The notes under the pieces: generated by a model
The model's input: the letters and a program-made list of their open reading frames with translations, nothing else
What the model was told of the DNA's origin: nothing
Database searches by the model: none
Translations under genes and position numbers: made by a program
In this document: positions 43,207 through 53,335 of the stretch, piece by piece
Numbering within the stretch: the first letter of the stretch is position 1
Layout of the letters: every line of letters starts with the position of its first letter
NCBI GenBank assembly: GCA_963734545.1
Contig: CAVTHO010000003.1
Span: 32,001 to 96,000 of the forward strand
DNA: 64,000 nt
Direction: 5' to 3'
Origin: an uncultured Spirochaetota bacterium
GTDB taxonomy: Bacteria; Spirochaetota; Spirochaetia; SZUA-6; Fen-1364

Positions 43207-43660
43207 CTGAAGAGCCAGGAATCGCGACGACGGCTGATCCACGGGATCCTGCACGCGGAGAAGATCCACAGCCAGGAGGAGCTCCTCAAGCGTCTGGAAA
43301 AGGAAGGAGTCGACGTGACGCAGGCGACCCTGTCCCGTGATCTGAAGTTCCTCAGCGTCTCGAGGGTCCCTGATCACGACGGGGAATACGTCTACACGGT
43401 GGACGCGCCCAAGGAGCCGGCCCAGGACCCCTTCATTCGGGATGACCTGCGGCGGGAGATCGTGAACATCCAGTTCTCGGGGAACCTCGCCGTGGTGAAG
43501 ACCAAGATGGGGCATGCGCCGGGAATCGCGTACGGAATCGACCAGTTGAAGATCCAGGACGTCATCGGCACCGTGGGCGGCGACGACACGCTGCTCGTGG
43601 TTCTCAGGGAAGGGGCGGACCACGCGACAGTTCCTCAAGGCACTCACGGGGGAAGACTGA
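43207..43660 (+). CDS. argR: arginine repressor (start uncertain; frameshift near 43630)
   Basis: SQEEL..VTQATLSRDL, VKTKMGHA, IGTVGGDDT; GGAGGT 5 nt before CTG at 43207. Confidence 0.9.
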
Positions 43661-43699
43661 GACAGCCGTCGGCAGCTTCACTCGCACACGGTCCGCGCC

Positions 43700-43728
43700 T
43701 TGACCGTGGAGATCGAAAGACGTATTTT
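43700..43728 (+). promoter_or_regulatory. sigma70 promoter of tRNA-Pro
   Basis: TTGACC-17bp-TATTTT. Confidence 0.5.
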
Positions 43729-43799
43729 TCCGGCCGGTCTCTCACGTGGAGCACCACGCTATGGGCTCCCGGCGTTTCTGCGAAACGCCTGCCGCCCTG

Positions 43800-43872
43800 C
43801 GGGATGTAGCCTAGCGGCTAAGGCGCCTGCTTTGGGAGCAGGAGAGCGGTGGTTCGAATCCACTCATCCCGA
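43800..43872 (+). tRNA. tRNA-Pro (TGG)
   Basis: CGGGATG acceptor, CCTGC-TT-TGG-GA-GCAGG anticodon arm, GTTCGAATC T-loop. Confidence 0.95.
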
Positions 43873-43985
43873 TTCTTGATAATTCCTTTCTCTTGCTCCT
43901 CTTATCTGATAATGGGTATGACACCTTGAGGGTGTGGGGGCGGAAAAGCGGAAGCACAAAGAGTATTGCCCCGGATCGTTCCTCA

Positions 43986-44843
43986 TTACCGCGCTCCCTC
44001 TTCTGCTTGCCAGCTAACTTCATAAAGCTGGAGGGAGCTCTCAAAGCCTTTGAAATAGGCTTTTTTGCTTACCTTCTTAAAGCTCACGCCGGACGTTGCT
44101 TCGTTTCTTGACAGTTCGTAAATGACGCCTGTAACCAGAATATGTTCTGCTTTGGCACGGTCACAGGTGCGCGCTGCCAGTTGAACCGTCATGCCGAATA
44201 GGTCCATCCCACGTTCTACCGGCTCACCTGCGTTAATACCAATTCGTACATGCAACGGCTTTCTGGGATTACCTTTGTTGAATTCGTGAAAAGATCTCTG
44301 GATGGCCACTGCACTTTTGAGGGAATCGGCAACATCCTTGAAAGAGGCCATGATGCCGTCGCCCGTATGTTTGATCTCTCTGCCGCGATAGGTTGCAAGT
44401 GCTCCACGTATGATTTTGTCATGGCTGTCGAGCAAATCCATGGCAGCCGTATCCCCGATAGCACGTGACATACTGGAGGAGCCTTGCAGGTCGGTGAACA
44501 GAATGCAGCGGAAGGCGCTTCCTATCGGAATATATTCCGTGCCGTTCGGTGATTTTTCTGCTTTGGGGTCCGCATTACGTCCCAGAAAAGCCTCAACGTT
44601 TGTGAGATCGACTTCAATAATATCAGCAGGGATGAGGCCATGCGCCAGACTATGTACTTTCGTAAGTGACTCTTTATCGGGTGCATCGACCAGGCAAAAG
44701 ACGCAGCCACTTTTTTGGTCAAACCAGTAGGTCAGAAAAGAGACTTTATGCTCAGCCTGCATCTCCTCATCTTTTTTGTGAGCAAGCCTCACGTCCTCAA
44801 CGGTCGCGCCCGGAACATTGTGTCGGTCCATGAAAATCGGCAT
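43986..44843 (-). CDS. DUF4242 (SCO4226-like) domain + class III nucleotide cyclase
   Basis: FMDRH..AHKKD..YWFD..VFCLVDAP..VHSLAHG, then FTDLQGS, KHTGDG, RIGINAG, DLFG. Confidence 0.85.
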   Translation of the reverse strand: MPIFMDRHNVPGATVEDVRLAHKKDEEMQAEHKVSFLTYWFDQKSGCVFCLVDAPDKESLTKVHSLAHGLIPADIIEVDLTNVEAFLGRNADPKAEKSPNGTEYIPIGSAFRCILFTDLQGSSSMSRAIGDTAAMDLLDSHDKIIRGALATYRGREIKHTGDGIMASFKDVADSLKSAVAIQRSFHEFNKGNPRKPLHVRIGINAGEPVERGMDLFGMTVQLAARTCDRAKAEHILVTGVIYELSRNEATSGVSFKKVSKKAYFKGFESSLQLYEVSWQAEEGAR

Positions 44844-44885
44844 TGATGTATCCTCCTTACCTGATTGAACTCTCAATCACCGCAC

Positions 44886-45167
44886 TCACCAGATCTCGAC
44901 AAGGAGCGGCTGGCCTCCGAGCGCTGAGACCAGGGCTGGATACTGGGTCCGGACGAGTTTCGCGCAATTCCCTGGGGAAGCAACCATGTCCTTTCCCGCC
45001 ATGCTGATCCAGGCGGTGCCCGACAGAACGTGGAGGTGCTGACTGTCGCGCGGGATCCGTAGAAGCTCCCCCGAGTAGAGCGCAAAGCGGAGTGCGCACG
45101 GGGCTTGCCTGGCCGGGACACTCCTCGCTGCATTCTGAATCACCAAAGCAATATCTGCACCCTTCAT
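44886..45167 (-). CDS. small DUF2917-like/cupin-like protein
   Basis: AGGAG RBS; LHVLSGTAWIS..DMV. Confidence 0.55.
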   Translation of the reverse strand: MKGADIALVIQNAARSVPARQAPCALRFALYSGELLRIPRDSQHLHVLSGTAWISMAGKDMVASPGNCAKLVRTQYPALVSALGGQPLLVEIW

Positions 45168-45241
45168 GGCGATAATCTCCTTTCGTCGTCGATACGAGGC
45201 TTCCAAGCGCCTCGTGCTATCGCAGACGTTCGCATGTTCCT

Positions 45242-45301
45242 CGTTACTCCACCGTTACGGGATTGAGACCCTGGCAGTTACGGAGGCGTTACGGGCGTGA
45301 C
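45242..45301. promoter_or_regulatory. phased GTTAC direct repeats (candidate SARP operator)
   Basis: GTTAC at 45243, 45254, 45277, 45288 (11/23/11 bp) plus GTGAC at 45297. Confidence 0.65.
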
Positions 45302-45367
45302 GGCCGCTGGTTTTTGATTCCTCGCATCACGTTTCAGCTAGTATATTTGCGACCAGGGCAAGGAATC

Positions 45368-47602
45368 ATGGCGAAGGTTCGTCTGGCGTTTCTGGGTCCT
45401 CCGAGCATCGAGCTTGAAGGGAATCCTGTTCACCTTGACACACGGAAAGCCATCGCCCTCATGGCGTACCTTTCGGTGATTGGAAAGCCGGTCAGCCGCG
45501 ACGCATTGGTCAACCTGCTATGGTCGCGCTATGGCCGCGCAGAGGGGCATGCCGCGCTCCGCCGTACGCTTTCAACTTTGCGCACCGCTCTTGGTCGGGA
45601 AGTCATAGATGCTGAACGGGAAACCGTCTCCCTGCCCGAATTGCCGGATATCTGGATCGATCTGTCGCGATTTCGAGAGTCGCTCGCTCTTTCCATGAGC
45701 CACGCCCACGGACAGCCGGCAATATGCCGGCAGTGTCTTCCCGTGCTCTGCGAAGCCGCGAAGCTGTATCGAGGCGAGTTTCTCCTCGGGTTCACGCTGA
45801 AAGACAGCGTCGAATTCGACGATTGGCAGTTCTTTACCACGGAGAAATATCGGCTGGAGGCGGTGCAAGTCCTGGATCGGCTCGCATTGTGCAGCGCGGC
45901 AGCCGGCGACTTTCGCTCGGCGATTGGCTACGCTCATGAAAGGCTCGGCCTCGATCGACTTGACGAATCGGCTCACGTCATGCTCATGCGGCTGTTTGCA
46001 TGGGAAGGGAACAGGGCGGCCGCAAAACACCAGTTCGAACAGTGCCAGCGGCTGCTGGAAAAGGAGCTCGGCAGTTCTCCGCAGCAGGCAACATTGCGCC
46101 TTGCAGAGTCGATCGCCCAGGGGCGTGTGCCGGACTTGCCAGCATTCGTTGATGAGCCTCGGGTCAAAGGCCGAACGCCCAAGGCGGGCGAGACGATATC
46201 AAGCGAACGATCGCCGAAGAAGCGCATTGCGGTCTTGCCCTTTGCAAACATCAGTCCGGACCCCAACGACGAGTATTTCGCGGACGGCCTGACCGAAGAG
46301 CTGATTTCCGCAGTATCCAAGATCGGGGGCCTTCGGACGATTTCGCGATCGTCCGCCATGCGGTTCAAGTCAACAGGCAAGACCGTGACCGAGATCGCCG
46401 CAGAGCTTCAGGTGGGCGCAGTGGTCGAAGGGAGCGTTCGGAGAGCAGGCAGCCGCGTCCGCATCAGCGTACAGCTCGTTGACGTCCGCAATGACGAGCA
46501 CCTGTGGTCGCAAGACTACGACAGGGAACTGGAAGACATATTCGCAATCCAGAGTGACATCGCCAGCAAGGTTGCCCAGGCCCTGGAAGTCCATGTGCAT
46601 GCCCAGGAACGGGAAAGGATCGAAAAGAGGGCAACCGGGAACATTGAGTCTTACAACCTGTATTTGAAAGGACTCCCTGATCGGGCGAAGGGGACTGAGG
46701 AAGGCTACCGAAGCGCCGTGCGGTACTTCGAGCGGGCGCTGAACGAGGACCCGAAATTCGCCCTGGCGTACGCAGGACTGGCGGAGTGCTACGACCTGAT
46801 GGGGGAAGAAGGGTACCTGCCTCCGAATGAAAGCTTCCTCAAGGCTGAGGATTTCGCTCGCAGAGCCCTGGACCTTGATGATTCCCTTGCCGAAGCGCAC
46901 GCCACCCTCGGCTCGGTCATGAAAACCTACTACCATGACCAATCCGCCGCCGAGCAGGAGTTCGGACAGGCCATTGACCTCAATCCCAACTATGGAAAAG
47001 TCTGCAGCGCATACGGTAACTATCTGGCATGCATGGGGAGACTGGATGAGGCGGTTGCAGAGATCGTCAGGGCGCAAGAACTCAACCCCTTGGCCCTCGA
47101 CGTCAACAGCTGTGCAGCCGTTATCTTCAACTGTTCGAATCAATTCGACAAGTCAGTGGAGGCGTGCAAGAGAATGTTCAGGGTCGACGAAAATTATCTT
47201 CCCGCCTATCGGAATCTCGCGGAAGCCTACTTTGAGAAGTCCATGTACGAAGATGCTATCCAGACACTCCGAAAGGCTGTCCTCCTCTCAAAGGGATCCG
47301 CGTATATCAGAGCCCATCTTGGATTTGCCTATGCTCGCTCGGGAAGAACAGAAGAAGCAAGAGCGCTGCTGCGGGAGTTGGAGCATGAATCAAAGCGCAA
47401 ATATGTCGCACCACTGGCATTTGCGCTCGTGCACTGTGGCCTGAGCGAAAAAACCGAGGCAATCGCGTGGCTCCAAAAAGCCTGTGAGGAGCGCAGCAGC
47501 GCCCTCCTCTCCGTCAAAGTCCGTCCCATGTGGGCAAGTCTCCGCTCCGAACCTGCCTTCTCCCAGCTGTTGGAAAGAATGGGGCTCAGCCCGAGCACGT
47601 GA
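45368..47602 (+). CDS. SARP-type regulator: wHTH + BTAD + TolB-like + TPR
   Basis: LGP..KAIALMAYL..LLW, LYRGEFL..FDDW, IAVLPFANIS..EYFADGLTEELI, multiple TPRs. Confidence 0.85.
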   Translation: MAKVRLAFLGPPSIELEGNPVHLDTRKAIALMAYLSVIGKPVSRDALVNLLWSRYGRAEGHAALRRTLSTLRTALGREVIDAERETVSLPELPDIWIDLSRFRESLALSMSHAHGQPAICRQCLPVLCEAAKLYRGEFLLGFTLKDSVEFDDWQFFTTEKYRLEAVQVLDRLALCSAAAGDFRSAIGYAHERLGLDRLDESAHVMLMRLFAWEGNRAAAKHQFEQCQRLLEKELGSSPQQATLRLAESIAQGRVPDLPAFVDEPRVKGRTPKAGETISSERSPKKRIAVLPFANISPDPNDEYFADGLTEELISAVSKIGGLRTISRSSAMRFKSTGKTVTEIAAELQVGAVVEGSVRRAGSRVRISVQLVDVRNDEHLWSQDYDRELEDIFAIQSDIASKVAQALEVHVHAQERERIEKRATGNIESYNLYLKGLPDRAKGTEEGYRSAVRYFERALNEDPKFALAYAGLAECYDLMGEEGYLPPNESFLKAEDFARRALDLDDSLAEAHATLGSVMKTYYHDQSAAEQEFGQAIDLNPNYGKVCSAYGNYLACMGRLDEAVAEIVRAQELNPLALDVNSCAAVIFNCSNQFDKSVEACKRMFRVDENYLPAYRNLAEAYFEKSMYEDAIQTLRKAVLLSKGSAYIRAHLGFAYARSGRTEEARALLRELEHESKRKYVAPLAFALVHCGLSEKTEAIAWLQKACEERSSALLSVKVRPMWASLRSEPAFSQLLERMGLSPST

Positions 47603-47841
47603 ATGCCGGCGCGGATGGGTTGGTATACATGGACTCGCGCTGAAGAAATTGACTTTCATGATCAACCGAACAAGCGTTTCAGAATGCACTTGTGGCGTTT
47701 TTGAATTTATTCTCAGAAACCCTCCCCCTCCCGAAGGTATGATTCCATTCATTTTGCTGCTGGAAGGTACAGTAGATCTGAGGCTCTCGAGGTTGAGGCG
47801 CTTTCACTTGGTGCGGCTCCGTGCCGGCCCTCGATCGAGCG

Positions 47842-49761
47842 TCACCTCATCAAGATAGTCGACAGGACGGGCACATACGTGACGAGGAGGAGGACCGTCG
47901 CCTGCACGATCAGGAAGGGCCACACATCGCGCACAATGCGGGGCAGGGGTTTCCTGAAAGTGTAGCTCGCGAGGAAGATGTTCATGCCCACCGGGGGGGT
48001 GAGGAAGCCGAGGAGGAGGTTCATGATGAAGATGACGCCGAACTGCAGCGGGGGCACTCCGAAGGCTATTCCCAACGGGATGAGGAAGGGGGAGACGACC
48101 AGTATCGCGGAGAAGATGTCCATGAGGCAGCCGACGACGATCAGGAAGAGATTGAGGAGAAGGAGGAAGACGAACCTGGAACCGACGAAGGCCTGGATCC
48201 AGCCGGTGAAGGCGGCGGGGACGTTCGCGTCGATGAGGTAGAAGGCGAGGCCGCGCGCCGCGGCGATCACCATGAGGGTGCCGCCCACCATGGGGAAAGC
48301 CTTGCCCAGTGCGGCAACGAGCTTGCGTGGACCCAGCTCGCGCTTGATGATCGACTCGACTATCGCGATATACAGGACCGAGAGGGCGCCTATCTCGCGC
48401 AGCCCGGGAAGGCCGGTGAAGTAGAGAACGATGGCGCCCACGGGGACCAGGAGCTCGAGAGCGGCCGGCCCCAGGGCGCCTCTCGCCGCCTTGGGGCTGA
48501 AGGCCCTCTCCCCCTGAGCGCGCCGGGGAGACATGAATACGCCGACGGCGCACATCGCCGCGATGAGGATGACCCCCGGCACGAGGGCTCCCTTGAAAAG
48601 GGAGACGACTGTGAAACCCTGGCCCGGGCTGTAGAGGAACTGGGCGTTGACCCCGTACACGATGACCGCGGCGCTCGGCGGTATGAGAAGGCCAATGTCG
48701 CCGTTCGCGGTGATGAGGCCCCTGCTCCCCTCCTCCGTGAGGCCCCCCGAATGACGGAGGACGGCCGCGAGAATCCCCCCCAATGCGACTATCGTGACCC
48801 CGTTGATGCCGGTAAAGGTGCTGAAGACGGCGCAGGCCAGGACCGCCGCGATGGCCTCGCCTCCCCGGAACCAGCCGAAAAACTCGCGGAACACGGCGAC
48901 GAAGCGCCTGCCCGCCCCTGATTCGGCGAGCAGTATGCCGGCGATGCCGAAGAGGGGGATGGCCGCGATGGAGCCGCCCTTGAGGAGAAAGTAGGCTTCG
49001 CTGGGGGCGAGCTCGATGCAGGCGCCGCTCCCGACGAACAGTATGGCCGCGATCCCGCCGAGCACCGTAAAGACAGGAGCACCGAAGGGCAGGGAAAAGG
49101 CGACGAGAATACCCAGGGGCAGGCCGAAGGCGCCGACGAAGGATTGGACCGAGGCGGCGATGGAGACGAGGACGGCCGGCGCGGAGCCGAAGGCCGCCTG
49201 GGCGAGATTGAGTATGGAGGATACGCCGAGCAGGGAGCCCAGGACGAGCCCCAGCGCAGCGATGGCCATCCGGCCCCGGTGCGGGCCCTCCTCCCGGATG
49301 GTGAAGGCGGCCATGAAGGCGAGGCAGAGGGGCATCATGGCCGCAAAGGCCCTGGTCGGGATGATCCATATACGGGCGCCCGCATCGAAGCCGGTAAAGA
49401 TGAGGGAGAAGGAGGCCCAGAAGAGACAACTCTGTGTCATGACCGCAACGACCTGGCTGAAGGAGGCCAGGGAGGCGCTCAGCCGGCCTTTCCGGCAGTT
49501 TTCGCCCCCGGCGAGAGAGATGTGCCGTTTGCCGAGGGAGGCCAGGGCGGCAGCCGCGAAGGCCAGGACGAGGGTCGCGTGGTCGGCGAGATCGCTGGCC
49601 GGGGCTATGGCCTTCCAGAAGACGCGGGCGAGGACGAAATCCGCCGTCGGGAGCCCGATAATAATCGCGACGGCGAGGGCCGCGATCGCGATCAGGAAGC
49701 CGCGCAGAACCCTGATTGCACCGCTGTCCGGCGGAACAACGAGCGCTTCCTCGTCGCTCAC
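47842..49761 (-). CDS. dctM: TRAP transporter fused small+large permease (DctQM)
   Basis: AIPLF, IGLLIPPS, LTPPVGMNIF; N-terminal DctQ-like TM segments. Confidence 0.88.
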   Translation of the reverse strand: MSDEEALVVPPDSGAIRVLRGFLIAIAALAVAIIIGLPTADFVLARVFWKAIAPASDLADHATLVLAFAAAALASLGKRHISLAGGENCRKGRLSASLASFSQVVAVMTQSCLFWASFSLIFTGFDAGARIWIIPTRAFAAMMPLCLAFMAAFTIREEGPHRGRMAIAALGLVLGSLLGVSSILNLAQAAFGSAPAVLVSIAASVQSFVGAFGLPLGILVAFSLPFGAPVFTVLGGIAAILFVGSGACIELAPSEAYFLLKGGSIAAIPLFGIAGILLAESGAGRRFVAVFREFFGWFRGGEAIAAVLACAVFSTFTGINGVTIVALGGILAAVLRHSGGLTEEGSRGLITANGDIGLLIPPSAAVIVYGVNAQFLYSPGQGFTVVSLFKGALVPGVILIAAMCAVGVFMSPRRAQGERAFSPKAARGALGPAALELLVPVGAIVLYFTGLPGLREIGALSVLYIAIVESIIKRELGPRKLVAALGKAFPMVGGTLMVIAAARGLAFYLIDANVPAAFTGWIQAFVGSRFVFLLLLNLFLIVVGCLMDIFSAILVVSPFLIPLGIAFGVPPLQFGVIFIMNLLLGFLTPPVGMNIFLASYTFRKPLPRIVRDVWPFLIVQATVLLLVTYVPVLSTILMR

Positions 49762-50756
49762 TTGGACTTCCTTGCCTGAACAAGCGCCGCATCCATGGTT
49801 TCCAGAATGTCCGCGGAAAACAGCCTGGCGATGATGCCTTTGCGCTGTTCGGCGATCAGCTCGGCCCATCTGGCCGCGGCATCCGCGGGCTCGGGCAGGC
49901 ACGTGATCCCGTCCAGGGAGGCAATGGCGTCTGCCTCCAGCCTGGCGCTGTCGATGCTGATCTGCCGGGCCGCCTCGCGGATCACCTGCTCGAGCTGGGG
50001 CCTGACATCGGCAGGGACCTTTTCCCACCCCGCCCTGTTGAAGACGATGGCGCCGACAAAGGGCGCGACCTTGAAGCCGGACATGTAGCCGATCCTGCCC
50101 CTGAGCTGGGACCAGAGGCTGGCGATGAAGATCGGGCTCACGCAGGTGGCGTCCACTGTGTTGGAGTTGATTTGGAGAAGGAAGTCGGCGGTCGTACCCT
50201 TGAGGGTCCTCGCCCCCAGGCTCTGCATGAGCTGGTTCACCTTTTCGTCGCCCGGATCGGTGGAAATGCGCAGCCTGGCTATGTCGGAGGGGTAGACGAC
50301 CGGCGATTTCGAGAAATATCGCACCCAGCCGCCCTTGGACAGGGCCAGGACGACGTAGCGCTCGGAGAGTCGGGCTTTCACGAGGGGATCTATGGCCGCG
50401 AGCACTGCTTCGAACTCGGCGTCGTCCCTGATGAAGCAGGGCATTGAGAGGGCAAGGATGTCGGGGTAGAGCTCGGCGAGGCCGTAGCTCGTGAGGAGGG
50501 CCCCGTCAACGCCCAGGCGCATCTTCTGGATTATGTCGGAATCGGTGGCCACACGGGCGCTCGGGGGAAACGCGATCCTGACCCTCCCGCCGGAGACCCG
50601 GGCCAGCTCCGCGGCCAGGCGCTTGAGGCCGAGGTCCCAGGGGCTGTTGGCCGGCACGTTGGCCGCCATCTTGAGGGTCAGGGTCTGGCCCCAGAGCCCG
50701 GCTCCCGAGGCCGCGGCCGCAAGAAGAAGGGTAAGCACGGCGCAGCGCAACTTCAT
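49758..50756 (-). CDS. dctP: TRAP transporter substrate-binding protein (TatP-type)
   Basis: Signal peptide; LKMAANVPANSPW, GWVRYFSKSPV. Confidence 0.85.
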   Translation of the reverse strand: MKLRCAVLTLLLAAAASGAGLWGQTLTLKMAANVPANSPWDLGLKRLAAELARVSGGRVRIAFPPSARVATDSDIIQKMRLGVDGALLTSYGLAELYPDILALSMPCFIRDDAEFEAVLAAIDPLVKARLSERYVVLALSKGGWVRYFSKSPVVYPSDIARLRISTDPGDEKVNQLMQSLGARTLKGTTADFLLQINSNTVDATCVSPIFIASLWSQLRGRIGYMSGFKVAPFVGAIVFNRAGWEKVPADVRPQLEQVIREAARQISIDSARLEADAIASLDGITCLPEPADAAARWAELIAEQRKGIIARLFSADILETMDAALVQARKSK

Positions 50757-51670
50757 GGCGTCGGTTCTCCTTCGGAAAGGGTGAAGTACTGGCCTGCTTC
50801 CGCGAGGAGGCGGCGGGCGTTCTTCTGTGCGATGACGGTCTCGAGGCGGCTTTCCGGGATAGCGTTGGGGTCTGTGGCGAGGGCTTTGGCCAGGGCGGCT
50901 TTGAAGCCCTCGTAGTCCTCTTTCGGGATGCAGATCGAGGAGGCATAGGAGACGAACAGGGAGGCGCTGCCCCCCTTGGAGTAGGCCAGGGCCTTCTCGT
51001 AGGCTGCCTCGGCCTTGGCGATGTCCCCGCCAAGGTAGCTGGGCATGCCTGCGTAATAGGACAGCCAGATACTGTAGATGGCCCCGCCGTTCCAGCCAGG
51101 GTCGAGCTCGGCCGCTCTGGCAAGGAAGAGGGGCGCCGTGCCGAGGTAGTGGGCGCTCTTGAAATCCAGGGGATTGAGGCCGAAGCCCGCCAGGACCGAG
51201 ACTGCGCTCCAATAGAGAAGGGGGACGTCTGCCTTCTCGAAGAGCGAGAGATCAGCCTGGCCCGCCACGGCGGCCTCGACCAGGCCGGGAGAACGCCTGT
51301 CCAGGGCCCCGGAGAGGAGGCGGAAGGCGCGGCGATAGAGGGCCCCGGCCCTGTCGTACTGGATTTTCTTCTCCTCGAAGCGCTCGTCCGGAAGCGAGGA
51401 GGCGGGGCCCTGGACGAAGGCGTTGCCGTACATGACATACAAGGAGGCAGCCGTGACGACCTTGTCCTGGTTCCCTGGATCGGCCTCGAGGAGGGCCTCC
51501 GCCGCCATCATGAAAGTGGGCAGGGCGGCCGCTGCGAGCTCGGGGTCCTCCTCGCTCGAGAGGACGGTCTGCAGCTTGGACGCGGCTCCCATGACGGCAC
51601 AGGAGCCGAGCACGACAACCGCTGCCAGCACAACCGCGCAAAGGCGGAGCGAGCTCGCAGGCTTTTTCAT
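50753..51670 (-). CDS. TRAP transporter TatT component lipoprotein
   Basis: Lipobox LGSC; EEDPELAAAALP, YVMYGNAFV, LGGD..KA; TPR-like; directly upstream of dctP. Confidence 0.85.
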   Translation of the reverse strand: MKKPASSLRLCAVVLAAVVVLGSCAVMGAASKLQTVLSSEEDPELAAAALPTFMMAAEALLEADPGNQDKVVTAASLYVMYGNAFVQGPASSLPDERFEEKKIQYDRAGALYRRAFRLLSGALDRRSPGLVEAAVAGQADLSLFEKADVPLLYWSAVSVLAGFGLNPLDFKSAHYLGTAPLFLARAAELDPGWNGGAIYSIWLSYYAGMPSYLGGDIAKAEAAYEKALAYSKGGSASLFVSYASSICIPKEDYEGFKAALAKALATDPNAIPESRLETVIAQKNARRLLAEAGQYFTLSEGEPTP

Positions 51671-53112
51671 GTGACGTTTCCAGCGGCAGGGCGCACCAGC
51701 GGCTCTGCCTTGTGGATTCTCAGGACCTTGAGCACCAGGGGAAATGCAACGAGATGAAGGAGGCACAGCTTGGCGAAGGAGAGCCGGTCCACGCTCTCAG
51801 GAGGTTTCCCGTCCTTCTTCTGCCGGGAACGCAGGCCGTCGAGCAGCGAACGAAAATAGCGAGGAAACCCGTATGTCCGTGCATACAGATGGACCAGCTG
51901 CCTGTAGAACTCCCTGCGGCTCAGACGGGTGGGCAGCACGGCGTGGCCGAGGTCATAGTATGAATAATCCTTGATGACCAGGCGGTCGTAGAGCTCCCGG
52001 TAGAGATCGGTGCCGGGAAGAGGAGTCAGGACCGTGTACGTGGGTTGAAAGAGGTCGCTCTCGCAGACATAGCGGAAGAGCGCCTGAAAATCACTCCTTT
52101 CAAAATCCGGATTGACGATAAAATGCGCGGAATTGCTGATCCCCATCCTCCGGAGAATGCGGATTGCCTCGTTGTTCGTTTCCACGGAGCTCCGCTTGTT
52201 GAGCGTAGAGAGTGTTTCTTCCCGGAAGGACTCGACACCAATCGTCAAGTGTGCCAGTCCCGCTTCCTTCAGGGCTTCCATGAGATCCGGATGCCGGGCC
52301 ACGGTATCGGCCCGGGCGTACATGGACAGCTTCTTTCGGATCTTCCTTTCCCGGATGAGCAGGGCAAGACGCCGGGCTCGCTCGACGTTGTGCAGTGTGT
52401 TGTCGTCGGCGAACTGGACGGATTCGATTTCATCACCGAGTGACGCCAGCTCTTCCACAACGGACTCCGGGCTGCGGGTGAGGTACCTGCCGTTCATGAC
52501 CTTCCAGCACGAACAGAACGTGCACCGGAAGGGGCAGCCCCGGCTGGACATCACCTGCGCGGTACGGCTCCGGGTCAGATCCCGGTAGCTTCCTCCATAC
52601 CTGGCCACCAGGTGCCGCGCGGGAAAGGGAATGCGGTCGAGATCCATTTCGAAAGATTCCGGCTGCGTGAACTCCAGCCTGCCGTTCCGGACCAGCGCAA
52701 GGTTATGGACTTCCGACAGATCCTTTCCGTCCTCGAGCCGGCTGACAAAGTCCTTGAAGGAAACGTCGGCCATCCCGAGGAAGATCGCGTCGACGGACGC
52801 CTCGGCAAAATCGGCAGGAAGAAACGTCGCATGGGTTCCTCCGGCGACCGTTACAATGCCGGCGTCAAACTTCTTGACCTCCCGAAGCGCCTGGAGGGCC
52901 ATGGGGACATCGCAGGTGTTGGCCGTCACGCCCACCAGGTTCGGCCGGAACTTCTCCAGCCTTGTCTGAAGATCACCATCGACTCTCATGTCCAGGATCT
53001 CGACCCTGTGATCCGGCACCGCGGCCGCAAGGTATTCGAGCTCCAGGGGATCGCCCCACATGGGAGCAAAGAAGACAGGACTGAGGCCAGGCTTGATCAG
53101 AAGAATCTTCAT
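51667..53112 (-). CDS. cobalamin-binding radical SAM protein (class B, HpnR-like)
   Basis: PLELEYLAA, GGTHATF, SRGCPFRCTFC, FADDN, GVES, TPLPGT, HAVLPTRL. Confidence 0.88.
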   Translation of the reverse strand: MKILLIKPGLSPVFFAPMWGDPLELEYLAAAVPDHRVEILDMRVDGDLQTRLEKFRPNLVGVTANTCDVPMALQALREVKKFDAGIVTVAGGTHATFLPADFAEASVDAIFLGMADVSFKDFVSRLEDGKDLSEVHNLALVRNGRLEFTQPESFEMDLDRIPFPARHLVARYGGSYRDLTRSRTAQVMSSRGCPFRCTFCSCWKVMNGRYLTRSPESVVEELASLGDEIESVQFADDNTLHNVERARRLALLIRERKIRKKLSMYARADTVARHPDLMEALKEAGLAHLTIGVESFREETLSTLNKRSSVETNNEAIRILRRMGISNSAHFIVNPDFERSDFQALFRYVCESDLFQPTYTVLTPLPGTDLYRELYDRLVIKDYSYYDLGHAVLPTRLSRREFYRQLVHLYARTYGFPRYFRSLLDGLRSRQKKDGKPPESVDRLSFAKLCLLHLVAFPLVLKVLRIHKAEPLVRPAAGNVT

Positions 53113-53168
53113 GGCTGAACTCTCCTTTGTTTGCCGGTTTGCTGGTTCTCGCGGCATGCTTCCTTCTT

Positions 53169-53185
53169 TGCAATCGCAATGCCAA
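53169..53185 (-). promoter_or_regulatory. sigma54 -24/-12 promoter
   Basis: TTGGCATTGCGATTGCA (GG-N10-GC) upstream of the radical SAM gene. Confidence 0.7.
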
Positions 53186-53335
53186 GCTTCGTCCAAACGC
53201 CTATCTCATTCCGCCATAAACAATTGGATAATGTCATCGCCACCTCTTACGCCCGACGGGGCTGCAACCAGCGTTGCATGGAGCGGCAACTGGTTGCAGG
53301 AGCAGCCGTTGCTCGCTTCTTGTGCGATTCTGCTG

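Noticed and set aside
47804-49792. Long alternative-frame and antisense ORFs (also 11977-13359, 53060-54520, 55391-56851)
   Set aside because: Shadow ORFs of high-GC genes, low complexity, no motifs
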